The notes beneath the pieces were generated by a model. That model searched no databases and was not told where the DNA came from. It saw only the letters and a list, made by a program, of their open reading frames with translations. Below are positions 31,041 to 44,846 of a stretch of 64,000 bases of DNA, piece by piece. Positions within the stretch are counted from its first letter, which is position 1, and every line of letters begins with the position of its first letter. The position numbers and the translations under genes were made by a program. Where the stretch lies: contig OZ024740.1 of NCBI GenBank assembly GCA_964016885.1, positions 241,676,001-241,740,000 on the forward strand. Direction: 5' to 3'. Source of the stretch: Eledone cirrhosa. Lineage: Eukaryota.

Positions 31041-31293
31041 GAAATATATATATATATATGTATGTATGTATGTACACGCCACACATATCCCTATATTGAC
31101 TATAGTCATTATTGGGCAGCGATCAAGCTGGTGCAGCATCTTCAAGTTATCATATGGACACCATGATTTATTTTCGTATGGAGCCAGCTTTATCAATTTC
31201 TTATTTCCGAACCACTATTTATGTGACATAATAAACAACATTGACTTCAGACCGGAGGAAACATAGAGACATGGACGCACATATACGTATATG

Positions 31294-31340
<47 letters not shown>

Positions 31341-31442
31341 GGTTAACCGAACAGAGATGTGCGGACCACATTATGGTATGTCGGTTGTGAAGCAGATAAA
31401 AAGAAGCGCTCAACGACCTGTATAAATGGTGTAAGTCGGAGC

Positions 31443-31836
31443 ATTATATATTAATAAAGGACGAAGACCATTTTCAGTTGATTCAGGTTTGTTTAAAACT
31501 CCGTTATACATATTTCCCTGAGGACTATCAGTTATGATAGCCTTAGCTCTTCAGAGTGCAAAACCTAAAATAAACATTGAAAGTTCCTAACAAACCTTAA
31601 CAACACCACGCGTTCGACCGGCCCCTGTATCTCGGAAAGTACATTTTATCGGGGAAATTATTGGATTTTTCCAAACATAGAGGTTTCTTAGGAACTTTCG
31701 ATGTTTATTTTAAGTTTTGCCGTCTGAACAGTTCAGGCTATCATTACTAATGGTCCTCAGTGAAATATGTATAACGGAGTTTTAAACAAACCTGAATTAA
31801 CTGAATATGGCCTCCGATCTTTTATTAATATATAAT
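31443..31836. repeat. Imperfect inverted repeat (arms about 31443-31597 and 31681-31836)
   Basis: About 155-bp reverse-complementary arms ending in ATTATATAT. Confidence 0.9.
31720..31777 (+). ncRNA. Type I hammerhead motif (decayed); twin on minus strand 31501-31558
   Basis: ccgt-CTGAACA-stem II-GAAA-tatgta-TA-acgg; the twin keeps CTGAAGA, so the two arms together give an intact consensus. Confidence 0.6.
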
Positions 31837-32791
31837 TATATATTCTAGCAGAGTAGGCCCAAAGAATGCCTTTCTTTTGTTTTTGTTTTTCTTCGTGTCT
31901 CACCATTTCTTTCTCGTGCATCATCTCCTGTTAGATATTCCAAGTGGCCCGTTCCCGTGACTCGGCAATCGTCTCCTCCCCAAGGTGGTTTCTGTGGAAA
32001 TTTACTCAGTGGAGCTATATATTGAAGTGGTATTAGTGGCTTGTTGTGTACGTTAACGTAAGCATCTTCATATAAACATCGGTGACCTCTGTGAGGACAA
32101 CTCTCTGCCTCATATCAAAACCAATGCTCCCAGCTGACGACATGACTGAACGGAATAATAAGGCCGAAGTTACAGTGAATGATAGAAACTCCATGTATCT
32201 TAAAACCTTCTTGGGACGTAGATTTCGAAATCAAATACGTACACACATACACTCACAAGTATATATACTCTTATCCCTCGTATTTATTTCTCACCCTTAA
32301 CCCTCTGTCTATATATAATATGTAATATATATATTTAATATATAATATACATATTATGTATTTATATTTATATATTATTCTTAGAGTTACATTGTAGCTT
32401 TTATTTTTCTCTGGGAAGAAAAGATAGAATCATTATGATTAGTTTCTAGTCTTCTTAGACCTTCATCAAACAAAGAATATCCATATTCTCTCCAAGAGAG
32501 ATGCTAGTATGTTATAGCTAGTTTTAGTGCATACACAATATGCCATGACAACTCGGATTAATTAATTCAGTCATCATTGTACAATACACAACATTGCTGG
32601 ACTACATGGCATTTTCCGATAAATATTTTTAATGAAATCTCAAAGGAATTGAAACTAAACAGATTGATCCTACATTTTTCTGCAATGAAGAGATATAAAA
32701 TGTAGTGTAGCCACTATTTATAGCTTAGCATATTGAGCCAGTCACTAGAATATAGAATATTATAGGGAGGAATGATGATATGCTGTCACTT

Positions 32792-32844
<53 letters not shown>

Positions 32845-32894
32845 CTTCTTCTTCTTCTTCTTCTTCTTCTTCTTCTTCTTCTTCTTCTTCTTCA

Positions 32895-33670
32895 TCCATT
32901 ATCGGGAGCAGAGTCCCGGGCAGGTTCTGCCGAAGCAACTGTCTCCAATTGCGACTAGCCAAGCACATGGATGTTACCCATCCCCTGGTCTCCACGTAAA
33001 ATCTGCGCAGCGATTTTTTTTCCTGACCCCATGCCCATGGTATCAGAGCTGTGATCTCTCAATTCGGAGAAGTAATGGCTCTACCTGGAGCAACTCCACA
33101 ATTTGCGAGTTACACACTCTATCGAGTAACGTTACTCCAAAGACCCTTCAGAAGAACTCCATTTCAGCTGCTTGTGCTCGCGATCGTATTTTTTTCGCTC
33201 ATTACTGAAGATTCATGATCATAAATAAAGGTTGCCACGAATATCGAATTGAAGTTAGTGAACTTGACTTTTACACATACCTCTCTTCTTCTGATTAATG
33301 AATACTGAAGCTGGTGCAATACTGCACCAACTCCTGCAATTCTTGCACTTAATTTAGTCTCCTGCCTTCCATCACTCGTGAACACGGCCCCGTGATACTT
33401 GAAATTCGCCACCTGCTTCAGTGGAATTCCACTCACATACTAAGAGCATTGTCCATATTTCCTCGAGAAGATGAGTGTCTCATTCATTGCAGCACTGAAT
33501 TTCATTCCAGCCGCGCAACACCCGGCATCAAACCTATCAAGTACATGTCGGAAATCGCCTTCTGACGAGTTAAGTAGTACCATGCTGTCTGCAAATCCCA
33601 GCCGACTGATCCTACACCCGCCAATCTTGATACCACTTCCAACTCAGCTGCGTATGTCAATCCTGTTCAC
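32895..33670 (-). mobile_element. RTE-type LINE 3' part, degenerate
   Basis: LKQVANFKYHGAVFTSDGRQE...; ends at a (GAA)n(CAA)n tail. Confidence 0.75.
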
Positions 33671-33955
33671 AAAACATTCAAGTCTTTTTAGTTTGAGACG
33701 ATGATATAAATCGATGACATACTTTTTAGTAATGCTTGAGATTAGTAGAATATGTTTGCGACATGTTAAACCCAACCAATTACAAAATCGATGTATTGCA
33801 TGACCTTGGTAAGGAAGTTCATGTGAACTATTCGGGAGTGGTTAAATTTTATGTGAGGAATAACATCATCTTTGTATGGATGAGTACTGATGAAATTGAT
33901 AGAGTTCCATTGACGAAGATGAATACAAATGTAGCAAGCTCTTATATTGCTCATT

Positions 33956-34213
33956 ATAGGTATAAGGTAAAGACAAGATTTATAGGTATAAGGTAGAGAC
34001 AAGATTTATAGGTATAGGGTAAAGACAAGATTTATAGGTATAAGGTAAAGACAAGATTTATAGGTATAAGGTAGAGACAAGATTTATAGGTATAAGGTAA
34101 AGACAAGATTTATAGGTATAAAGTAAAGACAAGATTTATAGGTATAAGGTAGAGACAAGATTTATAGGTATAAGGTAAAGACAAGATTTACAGGTATAAG
34201 GTAGAGACAAGAT
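33956..34213. repeat. 26-bp minisatellite, about 10 copies
   Basis: Unit ATAGGTATAAGGTA(A/G)AGACAAGATTT. Confidence 0.95.
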
Positions 34214-34272
34214 ATTTTTCTCAATGAAGTGTTAGATTTACATGTATAGAATATCCTTAAAATAATGTAGGC

Positions 34273-34378
34273 ATACAATATTTGTTAGTGTGCAAGTATG
34301 TAGGAAAGCGGAGTTAGCGTAAAAAAACACTGCGTATAACTCCGCTTTCCTACATACTTGCACTAACAAATATTGTAT
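34273..34378. repeat. Hairpin with about 43-bp arms
   Basis: ATACAATATTTGTTAGTG(TG)CAAGTATGTAGGAAAGCGGAGTTA and its reverse complement around an about 20-nt loop. Confidence 0.9.
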
Positions 34379-37300
34379 TTACGGTAAGCAAGAGTGGTTG
34401 TTTTTGTGATAATTCTCTTTTCCACTGTTTCTCTGTGTAGGTTTGCGTTAAATATTGACAGAAAATGTAATGTGTTCGTAAGTTCATTAGCGTTTTATCG
34501 TCTTAGTGGAATATCCATTCATGTGGATTTTGATGGCTTAGGAGTTAATGAAATATACAGTCTATTGTTATTGCCATTTATGAAAAAATTCCACAAATTT
34601 TCTGTCTTGCATTGATAATGGATAACATTGCTAATACGAATTGAGAGGCAGCTGCTGAAGGTACACTTTCTGAAACAAGTTCTATCGGTTTTGCTGTATC
34701 TAAAGGTTTGGTTTATCTATCACTCTCACCTATAACCTAATGACAGATTTATTGTCACCTCCAAAAATGCCCATTCCTATGAAGATGATATAAATATTTA
34801 TTCCTCTTGACCTTCTGCATTTAAGCGTCATCCACATAAAACCTAAACACTTTACACAAGTCTGAATAGACTATATGAATAGAAAACTTTCTCTAGATGG
34901 GGCATGCTAGTTTTATCTCCATAAAACACCGAGACATAATCACAACACACATCAAATATAAATATAAATAATATGCAAATAGAGCCACCCCCTCCTTTAT
35001 CATCACTGAGAATCTTAACTAACGAATGCACATACTCAACATAGTAAAGACTACGCCAAGTAAACTGGCCTTCTACTGCATAGTAGGACATATTTCAACC
35101 TTTAACAACTACTACGCTTCTACAACACTCAAGTGACTCTCACAATAGATTACCTCTCTTGCACATGGAATGGTTCTGATGCTACATACAAACATCCTAG
35201 ACCATCTTCCAAGACATTTAAGCCAACACACACCAACATCACTCCGTCTTTTCCACCACCTGTACAGCGTTTTCCTCTCCTTGGAGTTGGCTGGTCTCGT
35301 GCCATCTTTAATAAGACACTCGTTAGTTATTTTTGTTCTTCCTCCCTTCGTCAAACATATTGTGTCCACACCCAGACACTACATTCTCCCTGAATGCCCA
35401 GTTCCCCATACAGCATGTATGTCTTCTGAAATTTCCTCTCTACCTATGAATTTCAGTAGGGTCAACTTGCAACTGCTAAAGAGTTGCATAGACCTTATCG
35501 ATTTCTGCGGATTTGAAAATGTTACAGAGGTAATGGGCACTGATCATTCCCTCCACCTAACCAAAATCAATAAAAAATATTTCAACTTAGTGCTAAAATA
35601 CGTCATTGTCCACGCGTTTATAAAGTGTCTGTTTCAGTGGAAATGCAATGATATTGAACAGCTACTGTCATTGTGTATTTTCAGCTAATTCCTTTTCACA
35701 AGTATATTTAGATTACCGTTAGCTTTGTTTAATGGTTTATTAAAAATAATTGGGGTTGTATTCATGGCATTCGCAAGCACTCTGAGACTGGTGAAACCAA
35801 TGCGATTGATGTCAACGATTGCAGATACGACATAAGTATAAAGTAATTCAAGAGAGATGATACTGAGGTGGAATAACTGAAAATAAAACGAGGTGTTGAG
35901 AAGGATAGCCAAATGTATTAGGTGAGCTTAAATGGAAGTGGTATGCAATCACATAGTCCGAGGATCTATAGCAGTTGTAAAATAAACAAAAATAGAGTGA
36001 GAATACAGAGCGTCAGTAAGTTAGAGAGAGAATGAAATGTGCTGGTGAGTACCTCAAATCCCTCTATCATAAATATAATAATCGTAACGCAAATACATCT
36101 ATATATGTAATTAACACTCTAAATGAGCTTTTGGATCAATTAGAAATGATAATAAAGTGCAAAAATTTCCAACTTCATTATATTTTAACAAAAATATGGC
36201 TTTTATACTCCATATTGAATTTCTTTGCTCAAAACCCAAAGCTCTCGCTCCCTCTCTCCCTGTCTCTCTCATTCGCTGCTATCATCTGCTCCCCCTTTTC
36301 TTGTAACTTTAAAATTACATTCATTTCTTTTTCTCTGTTAGGGTCAAGTCGCTTCCTCTTGATATCAGTACTGCTTCTGATTAAATCAGGCTAGTCAGTC
36401 GTTCGATGTTCACACAGTCTGTTGTAATGAGCATAAATTCTTATTCTTTCATGTTTATTCCTCGGTAGTTTCTGATGTCTTCTATATTATTTATTGCTTT
36501 AGTCAATTCCACCTGAATATTAGTTTTGGTAGCTCTGTCATGGTGTAGGTTTTTAAATTCTGTTTTTAGGTACGGTGCTGATAGTATAAGTTTTGTGCTT
36601 ATGTATTTTGTGGTGTGTTTTGAGTAGTGTTGCTGTGGAGAATACATATAACACTTCAATGTTGTCATCGTTTGTCTATCGTTCTCTTTTAATTTTGCTT
36701 TTCTTATGGATGTTGTTATTAGGAGAAGGAACTGTCTGTTTAATGTTTATCTTTTGAGAAAACACAATCTCTGAATTTCATGTTACGACATTATTATATT
36801 TTCGTAAAGTGTTGGTGATTGGAGGAATCGTTAGAGCGTCGAACAAATGTTTAGCCGTATTTGTCCCACCTCTCAACTTCCTGGGTTCAAATCTCACTGA
36901 AATCGACTTTACTTCTTACCTTTCTGAAGTTGATAAAATAAAGGGCCAGTCAAATACTGAGTTCGATTTAATCGACGTTCCCCTCCCCTCAAATCATTGG
37001 CCTTGTATCCAACTTAGATATTATTAAGGGGAAAGTGCTTAGCAGTATTTATTCTGGCTCTTTACGTACATATATACATACATGTATGCATGCATGATGG
37101 CTGCAACTCGATTTCGAGTAATGCCATCGCTTATACTTAAGCCTGAGCATCACGGACGTTGCGTTTTAGTCTTGCTGGGGACTTGCCTATGGCTAGCAAT
37201 ACCATGCATCGCAAAGAATGTCATATATCAAGCGATGCTTGGGCTTGAAATTTTGTTAAGTGAGGAAAGATTTGCACAGGGTCAATTCCACTCTCTGAAC

Positions 37301-37660
37301 ATCGAATGCATTTACCCAAAAAGTAGAACTGGTCAGCATCATTGGATGAAAAACGAAGTTTTATATCAGAATGACCTTCTTCTAGAGATATATCTTAATG
37401 ACGGGTTTTGTGTTTCATCCCACAGGGTTTCAAAAATCACCCTCCTCACCAAGCAAGCTTGGTGGGGTTGCTAGTTTAGTCGCCAACGACCCAACCGTGC
37501 ATATGTACTGGGTTACATGTTACCAGTAGCACTGAAGAGCGACCTGACTCATACATACTTACTGATCTACCTGCCTACCTACATAACTACATGCACACAT
37601 ACATACACACGCATACACATACACACGCACGAATGCATACATAATACATACATACAAACA

Positions 37661-38895
37661 TACAAGGTATGCCACGAAAGTAAGGGTATTGATTTTCCTA
37701 TGCATAGTAATGCAGCACCTCATTGCTGTATATAGTCGTGCTGGATATAACTATGGCTGCCCGTACATACTTGTTTCGGCATGATCGATTGAGTCAATCG
37801 TAAATTATTTGTGTTTGTGTACAGATGTTTGCAATGCAGGAAAATATAGAACAATGGTACATGATTAAATTTTATGTGAAACTCAAATCTGCCACCGAAA
37901 CATTTAATTCTTTAATTCAAGCTTGTGGAGATGCTATTGAGAAGTAAGATGTTTAAGTGGCACAAATCTTTCAAGGAGAGCCGAGAAAATGTTGAACACG
38001 AAACCTCACTCTGGAAGGCCAACCTTGTCAAAAAATGAACAAAATGTGGAAGTTGTGCGAGTGGTGATGGCAAAAGATCGACGATAAAGTGTTAGCATGA
38101 TTGCAGAAGAAACCGGCTTGGATAAAAATGCAGTTCACAGAATGTTCCTAGTGCACAAACACTTGTCTGTGGAGCAAAAAGTGAACCGGTTGGAAATTTG
38201 ACAGGGTTTGCAAGAAAGACTGGAAATTGAGCCAAATTTATTGGATAAAGTAATGACAGGAGATGAATTATGAGTGTTCGAGTACGATCCAGAGACAAAA
38301 CGACAAAGTGAGGAGTGGCACAAAACATTCTCCTCATCTGAAGGAAGCACACATAAGCTGATCCAGGATGAAAACGATGATTATAATTTTTTCAACAACC
38401 ATGGTATTGTTCACAAAATGATTTACCTGCAGGACAAACAGTTAATCGCATCTTCTACAAAGATGACTTGGAACCACTTCAAAAATGAATCTAGTGAGTT
38501 TGAAAGGACATTGCAGGAGTTGGGTACTGCACCACGATAAAGCGCCTGCTCAAACAGCACTTTCAATTATTTCTGGTAAAGAAAAACATTCCCACTTTCA
38601 ATTTCTCCCTACAGGCCAGAGCTAGTTCTGTATGATTTCCCCCTCTTCCCTAAGTTGAAATTGAATTTGAAGGGTTATTATTTTGCGACAGTGGAAAACA
38701 TACAAGAATTTGTAACCGACAAACTAAATACATTCACAGAAAATAACTTCCGGTACTGCTACGATCAATAGAAAAAAATATTGGAACTACTGTGTGACTT
38801 CTCAAGGGTCGTATTTTGAAAGAGATAACATGTAATTTCATGTGCGTCTAATATACATTTAGATAAAACATCAGTACCTCTACTTGTGGGACATA
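37661..38895 (+). mobile_element. Decayed mariner transposon
   Basis: EQWYMIKFYVK, SGRP, VMTGDE.VFEYDPETKRQSEEW, LHHDKAPA, PYRPELVLYDFPLFPKLK; degraded TIRs; many stops. Confidence 0.88.
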
Positions 38896-39607
38896 CACAC
38901 ATGACCACAAATGCACACACTAATATATGTAATAAACGACTGATGGTATATGTACATATTCACGTACATACGTAATGCATATATATATATACATTGTGTG
39001 CGTGTGTGTGTGTATGTATGTAACCTCCGATCGCTCAGAAGGCTGCATCCTCCCTGTGAGTGCAGTTGGTGCGTGGGAGGTGGTACATTACTCTTGCCGT
39101 ACTAGTGTAGGTTTTCGTGATCTATAAAAAAAAAGCGGAAGGGGGTGCAAAATGTAGTCATATTCGATATTAAGTCGACAACCACCATGTATATTTAATG
39201 TATGTATATCTTTGTCTGCATACGTGTATGTATGATATGTATACATATATCCATATATGTATACATAGTATTTCCTCTACATAATTGGAGTTTTAGAATC
39301 TATTTTGACCGGCCATATGCCTGATGGTTTGGCTGTAAAGAAACTATATTGAAATTGATAAACAGGAGATCTTGTTCTTTTTGCCATCCATTGATCAGTC
39401 ATTAAATCTTTAACGGTTAAGTAGATCTTCCTGAATTTTTCCGTGACAGGGTTCGTGCTCATCCACAGCTTATGAATTATGGAGTTAAGTTAAGATATTT
39501 CTCCAAAAACCAACGTTGGTCCAGGTGGTTTGTTACATATGTTTTCGCTGTAAAAATGAACATGTATTTTCGGTACAGAATTTGTAAGATCGTGTGTAGT
39601 ATGTATG

Positions 39608-39672
<65 letters not shown>

Positions 39673-39683
39673 GCACATATGAA

Positions 39684-39719
<36 letters not shown>

Positions 39720-40501
39720 TGTATGTATGTATGTATGTATGTATATATATGGTGGTGGCTGCCAACTCGTTTTCGAGTACGGCCACTACTTTATATCCAT
39801 GTAGGAGAACCCCTACCAATGCGCTGAACGAGTGTGACTTTTCAGTCTAGCTAGCGACTTGAAAACTCTGGTACCAACACTACACTAGTGACAATTATTG
39901 ACACATAGTGCTGGGCCCATGCTACCATGTGACGACAAGTGCAGAGAGATCTCCAGATATAAAGCAATGTGTGTATATGTGTGTAAATAAGGACATGAAA
40001 AAGGTCAGTGATTATAAGTACGAGCCTATATTTCTATAATGTTTCTTTGCTGAGCATCAAGCGTTTAGGCTACTACTTCTGAAAAAAAAGCAAAAAACAA
40101 AAATGTGAAATGTGTCGTGTTCCTGTCATGATCATGCTGAATCTCCCTGAGATTAACGTTAAGAATAAACACGTGGAAAGCTAATTTATTTGCAAGAGAA
40201 TTCCACGAGCAGGATGTTCACTTGATCAAACAAATGGAGCACTCGTCATCGGAGGTCCAACAAGCAGTTATTCAGTTTTCCAGAGCTGCTAGTTTACTAG
40301 GGAGGATGGATTGTGTCATTATAATAGTGTATACGTGTTTCTATGTACATGTATGTGTATACATGTTTATGTACATATGTATTGTATATGTAGAGTGGTA
40401 TGGCGCATACAACTAAATCTGTCTCTCTCTCACACACAGACACACACACTCTCTCTCTCTCTCTCTCCATCGGATCCTCTTGATGAACTCATCTGTCCAC
40501 C

Positions 40502-40542
40502 GGACAAAGATGGAGAGCCTTTTTCTTACGGTGCCTCTATAA

Positions 40543-40580
<38 letters not shown>

Positions 40581-40622
40581 TATATATATAATATATATAT
40601 ATATATAATATATATATAATAT

Positions 40623-40695
<73 letters not shown>

Positions 40696-40721
40696 TATAT
40701 ATATAATATATATATATACAC

Positions 40722-40753
<32 letters not shown>

Positions 40754-40901
40754 GGTAAAGTGTCGTTGGTGGAATAGGGATGTTCTTCATGAAAGTGTCA
40801 AAGTCAAGTTTGGTCAAAATTATTCCTAGGCGATGGTTATAGAGGCATCGTAAGGTGATCGAAGAAAAAGGCTCTCTATCTTTGTCCTTTGTAATCTTGA
40901 A

Positions 40902-40953
<52 letters not shown>

Positions 40954-40974
40954 TTCAAGATTACAAAGGACAAA
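40502..40974. repeat. Chained short inverted repeats around (TA)n tracts
   Basis: 40502-40546 inverted at 40833-40887; 40880-40903 inverted at 40952-40974. Confidence 0.8.
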
Positions 40975-41185
40975 CACAGAGATGCAATTACACAATTTCT
41001 TATTAGTTTGCAACTCGTTGGAAAATGAATAACTCAGCGTATCTGACGTTAGTCTTTCATCATGAAAACAACAATATATGATTTCTCACGAATGAAACAG
41101 TTCTAGTCTTGTAGAAGCTTTTCTATATTAAAAAAAACAACATATATATATATATACACAAATATATATATATATATATATATAT

Positions 41186-41277
41186 ATTAGTGCATCTGTA
41201 CATATATATATTTATCGCATATTTCGGCTTCTTAGTGCACAATATATACATACATGCATATAGATAACACACACACA

Positions 41278-41354
<77 letters not shown>

Positions 41355-41447
41355 GTGTGTGTGTTATCTATATGCACGTATGTATATATTGTGCACTAAG
41401 ATGCCGAAATATGCGATAAATATATATATATGTACAGATGAACTAAT
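41186..41447. repeat. Palindrome centred on a (TA)n tract
   Basis: About 95-bp arms on either side of (AT)n at 41281-41350. Confidence 0.92.
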
Positions 41448-41701
41448 AATTTGAAAATTAGAACTCATTTTCACTGTTGTTAACTCACAACGGTTGTATT
41501 TCACTTCAGGTTTATTAATCGATTAGATAATTATATAATTTATTAGTTGATTAACTTTTCCTCAAAGGTCTTTCGTCACAGCCTCTGACCTTATCAATGC
41601 CTATTTATCCACGTGCACCTACGCTGTATTAACATTTATTTCATTTTCTCGGTTCACCTCTCAAAACTTCATGGCAAAGTTTATTTCATATTAAGATCAA
41701 G

Positions 41702-41804
41702 TCTGAGTCCTGTTGCTCTGGAGGTTTCATCTGTGTCCACAATATCATCAGAGAAGACGACCCTGTGAACACACAGGTGAAACTCCAGAGAAACAGGACT
41801 CGGA
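41702..41804. repeat. Short inverted repeat with hammerhead-like words
   Basis: About 36-bp arms; minus strand reads CTGATGA...GAAA. Confidence 0.7.
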
Positions 41805-42844
41805 TTGGTAGTTTTTTAATTACGTCAGAAGTTCTTTCTCATCAGTTCTTTATGTCTAGCGTGAAACATAACATATCTAGGTCCATTAACGTTTAAATAT
41901 CCTCACTACATTCGCCGAGTGTCATGTTGCTAGTCCTACAGGTTTGCCTCATTTGCATAAGAACGATGTTGTAATCGCAGGTCTTTGCTTTCTATTCCGT
42001 ATTATAATATCCTAGTCGGCGAATTAGCAGAAGTGTTAGAAAGTTGGATAATATATTGGCGGTATGCTTATCTTTTTCTGTGTCAAGTTCGTATCCTACC
42101 GAGTTCAATTTTGCCTTTTATTCTTTTAAGGTAAGGTAAATAAAAAAAAAATGTGTTGATTCTTCTGTTCTTTTTTGTAAGCAATTACCTCTGGTCAGCC
42201 GTGGTGATTGATTTGTTTGCCAAATTCAGATTCTAAAATCCACTGCATATCACGGTGGTACCCCCCGCCCCGGCTATTTCAGTGAGCACGAAAGGCGTAT
42301 ACACACACACACACACACACACAAACACACACAGAGTAATGCACTTATGTGAGTATATATGAATGCATATATATATATATATATATGTGTGTGTAAGCGT
42401 CTGTGTGTGCGTGTGCAAGCGCTGTACACTACCAAATAATTGTTCTGACAAACCTAAAACCTAAACATGTGCCAACATAAATATAAACTTACTCGGGTAT
42501 TAACTATTATATAAGGCTACGCAGGTAATCAAACTCGCACAAGCATGAACCCATATGGCTATTATATACATGTGTGTGTGTGTATTTAGACGTGGATTAA
42601 ATATCATGAAAAATAAGCGCGTGTTGAAGGATGTGAGGCACCGGCATTACGAAGAGTTGAATTTACAATGGTATAAATAAACAACAGGTTTTATTTTATA
42701 TCAGTTGTTGGCCTATGTCCAAGGAATGCCTGAAAGATAACTGAATTTCTAATCGGTTACTTCACATTCAGTACTTATGTTTGAACTTCATGTCAGTTAG
42801 ACAGGGGAAGGGTTGAAAAGGCATATATATATACGTTATATAAT

Positions 42845-43160
42845 GATTTCTAGTATAGGCACAAGGCCAGTATTTTGGAGGAAGGGGAAAGTCGATTAAA
42901 TCGACCGAGTACGTTACTGGTGCTTTATTTTATCGACCCCGTAAGGATGAAAGGCAAACTTATATATATAATTGTTTCTACTTTTGGCACAAGGCCAGCA
43001 ATTACCCAGTGCATTACTGGTACTTTATTTTATCGACCCCGTAAGGATGAAAGGCAAAGTTAACCTCGGCGGGATTTGAACTCAGAATGGCAAGGGCCGT
43101 AACTCTATGCATCAAAGCATGGCATCCAACCCTCTACCGATACTGCCAATTCACCGCCCT
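42845..43160 (-). mobile_element. Two tandem tRNA-headed SINE copies
   Basis: Partial copy 42845-42958 and full copy 42970-43160 with A/B-box-like head. Confidence 0.85.
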
Positions 43161-43179
43161 TAACTTATATATATAATGC

Positions 43180-43432
43180 CTCTTTATCACTACTCTCAGA
43201 GGAGACTGGGTTAGCTGGATATGCTCACCGATATTCAGAGTTGACACTGTACTCAGTGCTCCTATGGGAGCCCCTACACGGACACACTAGAAGAGGGAAA
43301 CCGAAGTTGACATATATTGATGCCCTAAGGACAGACAGTTGTCTATGTGTGACGCAGGACATGGCGGCGATGATGAAGGACAGAGACAGCTGGAGAGAAC
43401 TTGTCCATGGATCTCGGGAACTTTACCTGCCC
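43180..43432 (+). mobile_element. RTE-type LINE 3' end
   Basis: RRLG*LDMLT...VLLWEPLHGHTRRGKPKLTYIDALRTD...MKDRDSWR. Confidence 0.75.
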
Positions 43433-43509
43433 TATATATATATATATACATCCTAAAATCCATTGATCATTACTTCTATCTATTTATCTATCTATCTATC
43501 TAATATCAT

Positions 43510-43870
43510 TTTGGAAGAAGAATCAGAATGGAGAGAGAGGTGCTGTACCCCAGCAAATTTTATAAAAGGTGGGTGAATGTGGCAAAGATGGCCCGAGTGG
43601 TTGGGCCTTCTCTCTATAGAGAGGTTGAGGAAAAAGAGGAAGAGAGGAAGGGAGTACTCACTCTTGGTGCTCCTGGAGATGAGGGTTGTACATTTTTTCG
43701 GGGTGTGTACAACCCCTGTGTAACACCTCCCCCCTATTGGGGATTTCAATTGTTATTTGTTATTGTATTAATAGTTTTATTTTCATATACCTGTATGTAA
43801 ACTCCCCATTTGTATTTGTCCTCTTCTTTTGTGCCCTTGTGGCTAATAAAGATATTTATCTATCTATCTA
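43510..43870 (+). mobile_element. LINE 3' end (L1/Tx1-like)
   Basis: RRIRMEREVL..SKFYKRW then 3' UTR, AATAAA and (TCTA)n tail. Confidence 0.45.
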
Positions 43871-43884
43871 TCTGTTTAACTACC

Positions 43885-44106
43885 TATCCTTCAGTTTGTT
43901 GGTCTATTTGTTTATCTCAGGAGTACATGAGAGCATTTACGATATGTTTACGTATAATAATCATGCACGGTACTCGCTATGAAAAAGTGCTGCTGAAATT
44001 TATTTATCTATCTACCTATCACTGATTCATTCTATCTATCCGTCAATCTGTCTCTCTAGCAATGTGTGTATGTGTGTGTACATATCATTTGTCATATAAC
44101 GTTACT

Positions 44107-44176
<70 letters not shown>

Positions 44177-44428
44177 CTTCTATCTATCTATGTACCGACC
44201 AACCTATCGATCTATCTATCTCTCAGTCTGTCGGTCTATTTGTTTATCTCAATAGAGGAGTACATGAAGGTATTGACGATATGTTTACACATAATAATCA
44301 TACTCTATTCCCGCTATGAATTAGTGCTAGTGCTACTGAAATTCGTTTATCTATCTACCTATCACCGATTCATTCTATCTATCGTTACATGTGTGTATGT
44401 GTGTGCATGTCATTTGTCATATAACCTA
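43885..44428. repeat. Local tandem duplication around a (TCTA)n tract
   Basis: 43885-44100 resembles 44220-44428. Confidence 0.75.
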
Positions 44429-44753
44429 GCCTTAGTCCTACAGTAGCCATCATTATATTTAAGAATGTTTTGAAGACAGCTGTCGAGTGGCAACATATGT
44501 ATTGTTTTTAATTTTGTTTGAAGTTTTTGTTCTCTTTTTTTTGGCGGGGGGTGGTGGGGGTCGGGGTGGGGGTGGTGGTCTTCCATTCTCTCTCTACTTA
44601 TATATAAGTATGTTTAAGTGGTTGGCATAATATCTAAAATGTGGGGTATAATCAATATATACTTACAAACAATCATGCATAGTACATAGTTAAAATACAG
44701 ATCCAAAATGAGAGGATAAACAAATAGAATCAAATAGAATCAGTGAACGTCAC

Positions 44754-44846
44754 CTGTTTAGACGGAAGATTTTTGGCAGCCAGAAGTTGTTCAATTAAAG
44801 AATCCACGTCAAGTTGGCATTTCTTGCTTTGCGTTAATGTTGTCAT
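44754..44846 (-). CDS. PP1-like Ser/Thr protein phosphatase catalytic subunit, coding exon 1 (MTTLTQSKKCQLDVDSLIEQLLAAKNLPSKQ)
   Basis: ATG at 44846; 31 codons resembling the PP1 N-terminus (LxxDSIIxxLL); ends at donor CAG|GTGACG in phase 0, matching the next exon's start (VQL). Confidence 0.85.

Noticed and set aside
33956-34213. CRISPR-like array
   Set aside because: No unique spacers; plain tandem repeat in eukaryotic DNA
35112-35688. 172-aa ORF
   Set aside because: No recognisable motif; probably antisense of a decayed repeat
36400-36740. Possible decayed PLE GIY-YIG region on the minus strand
   Set aside because: Too degenerate to support by eye
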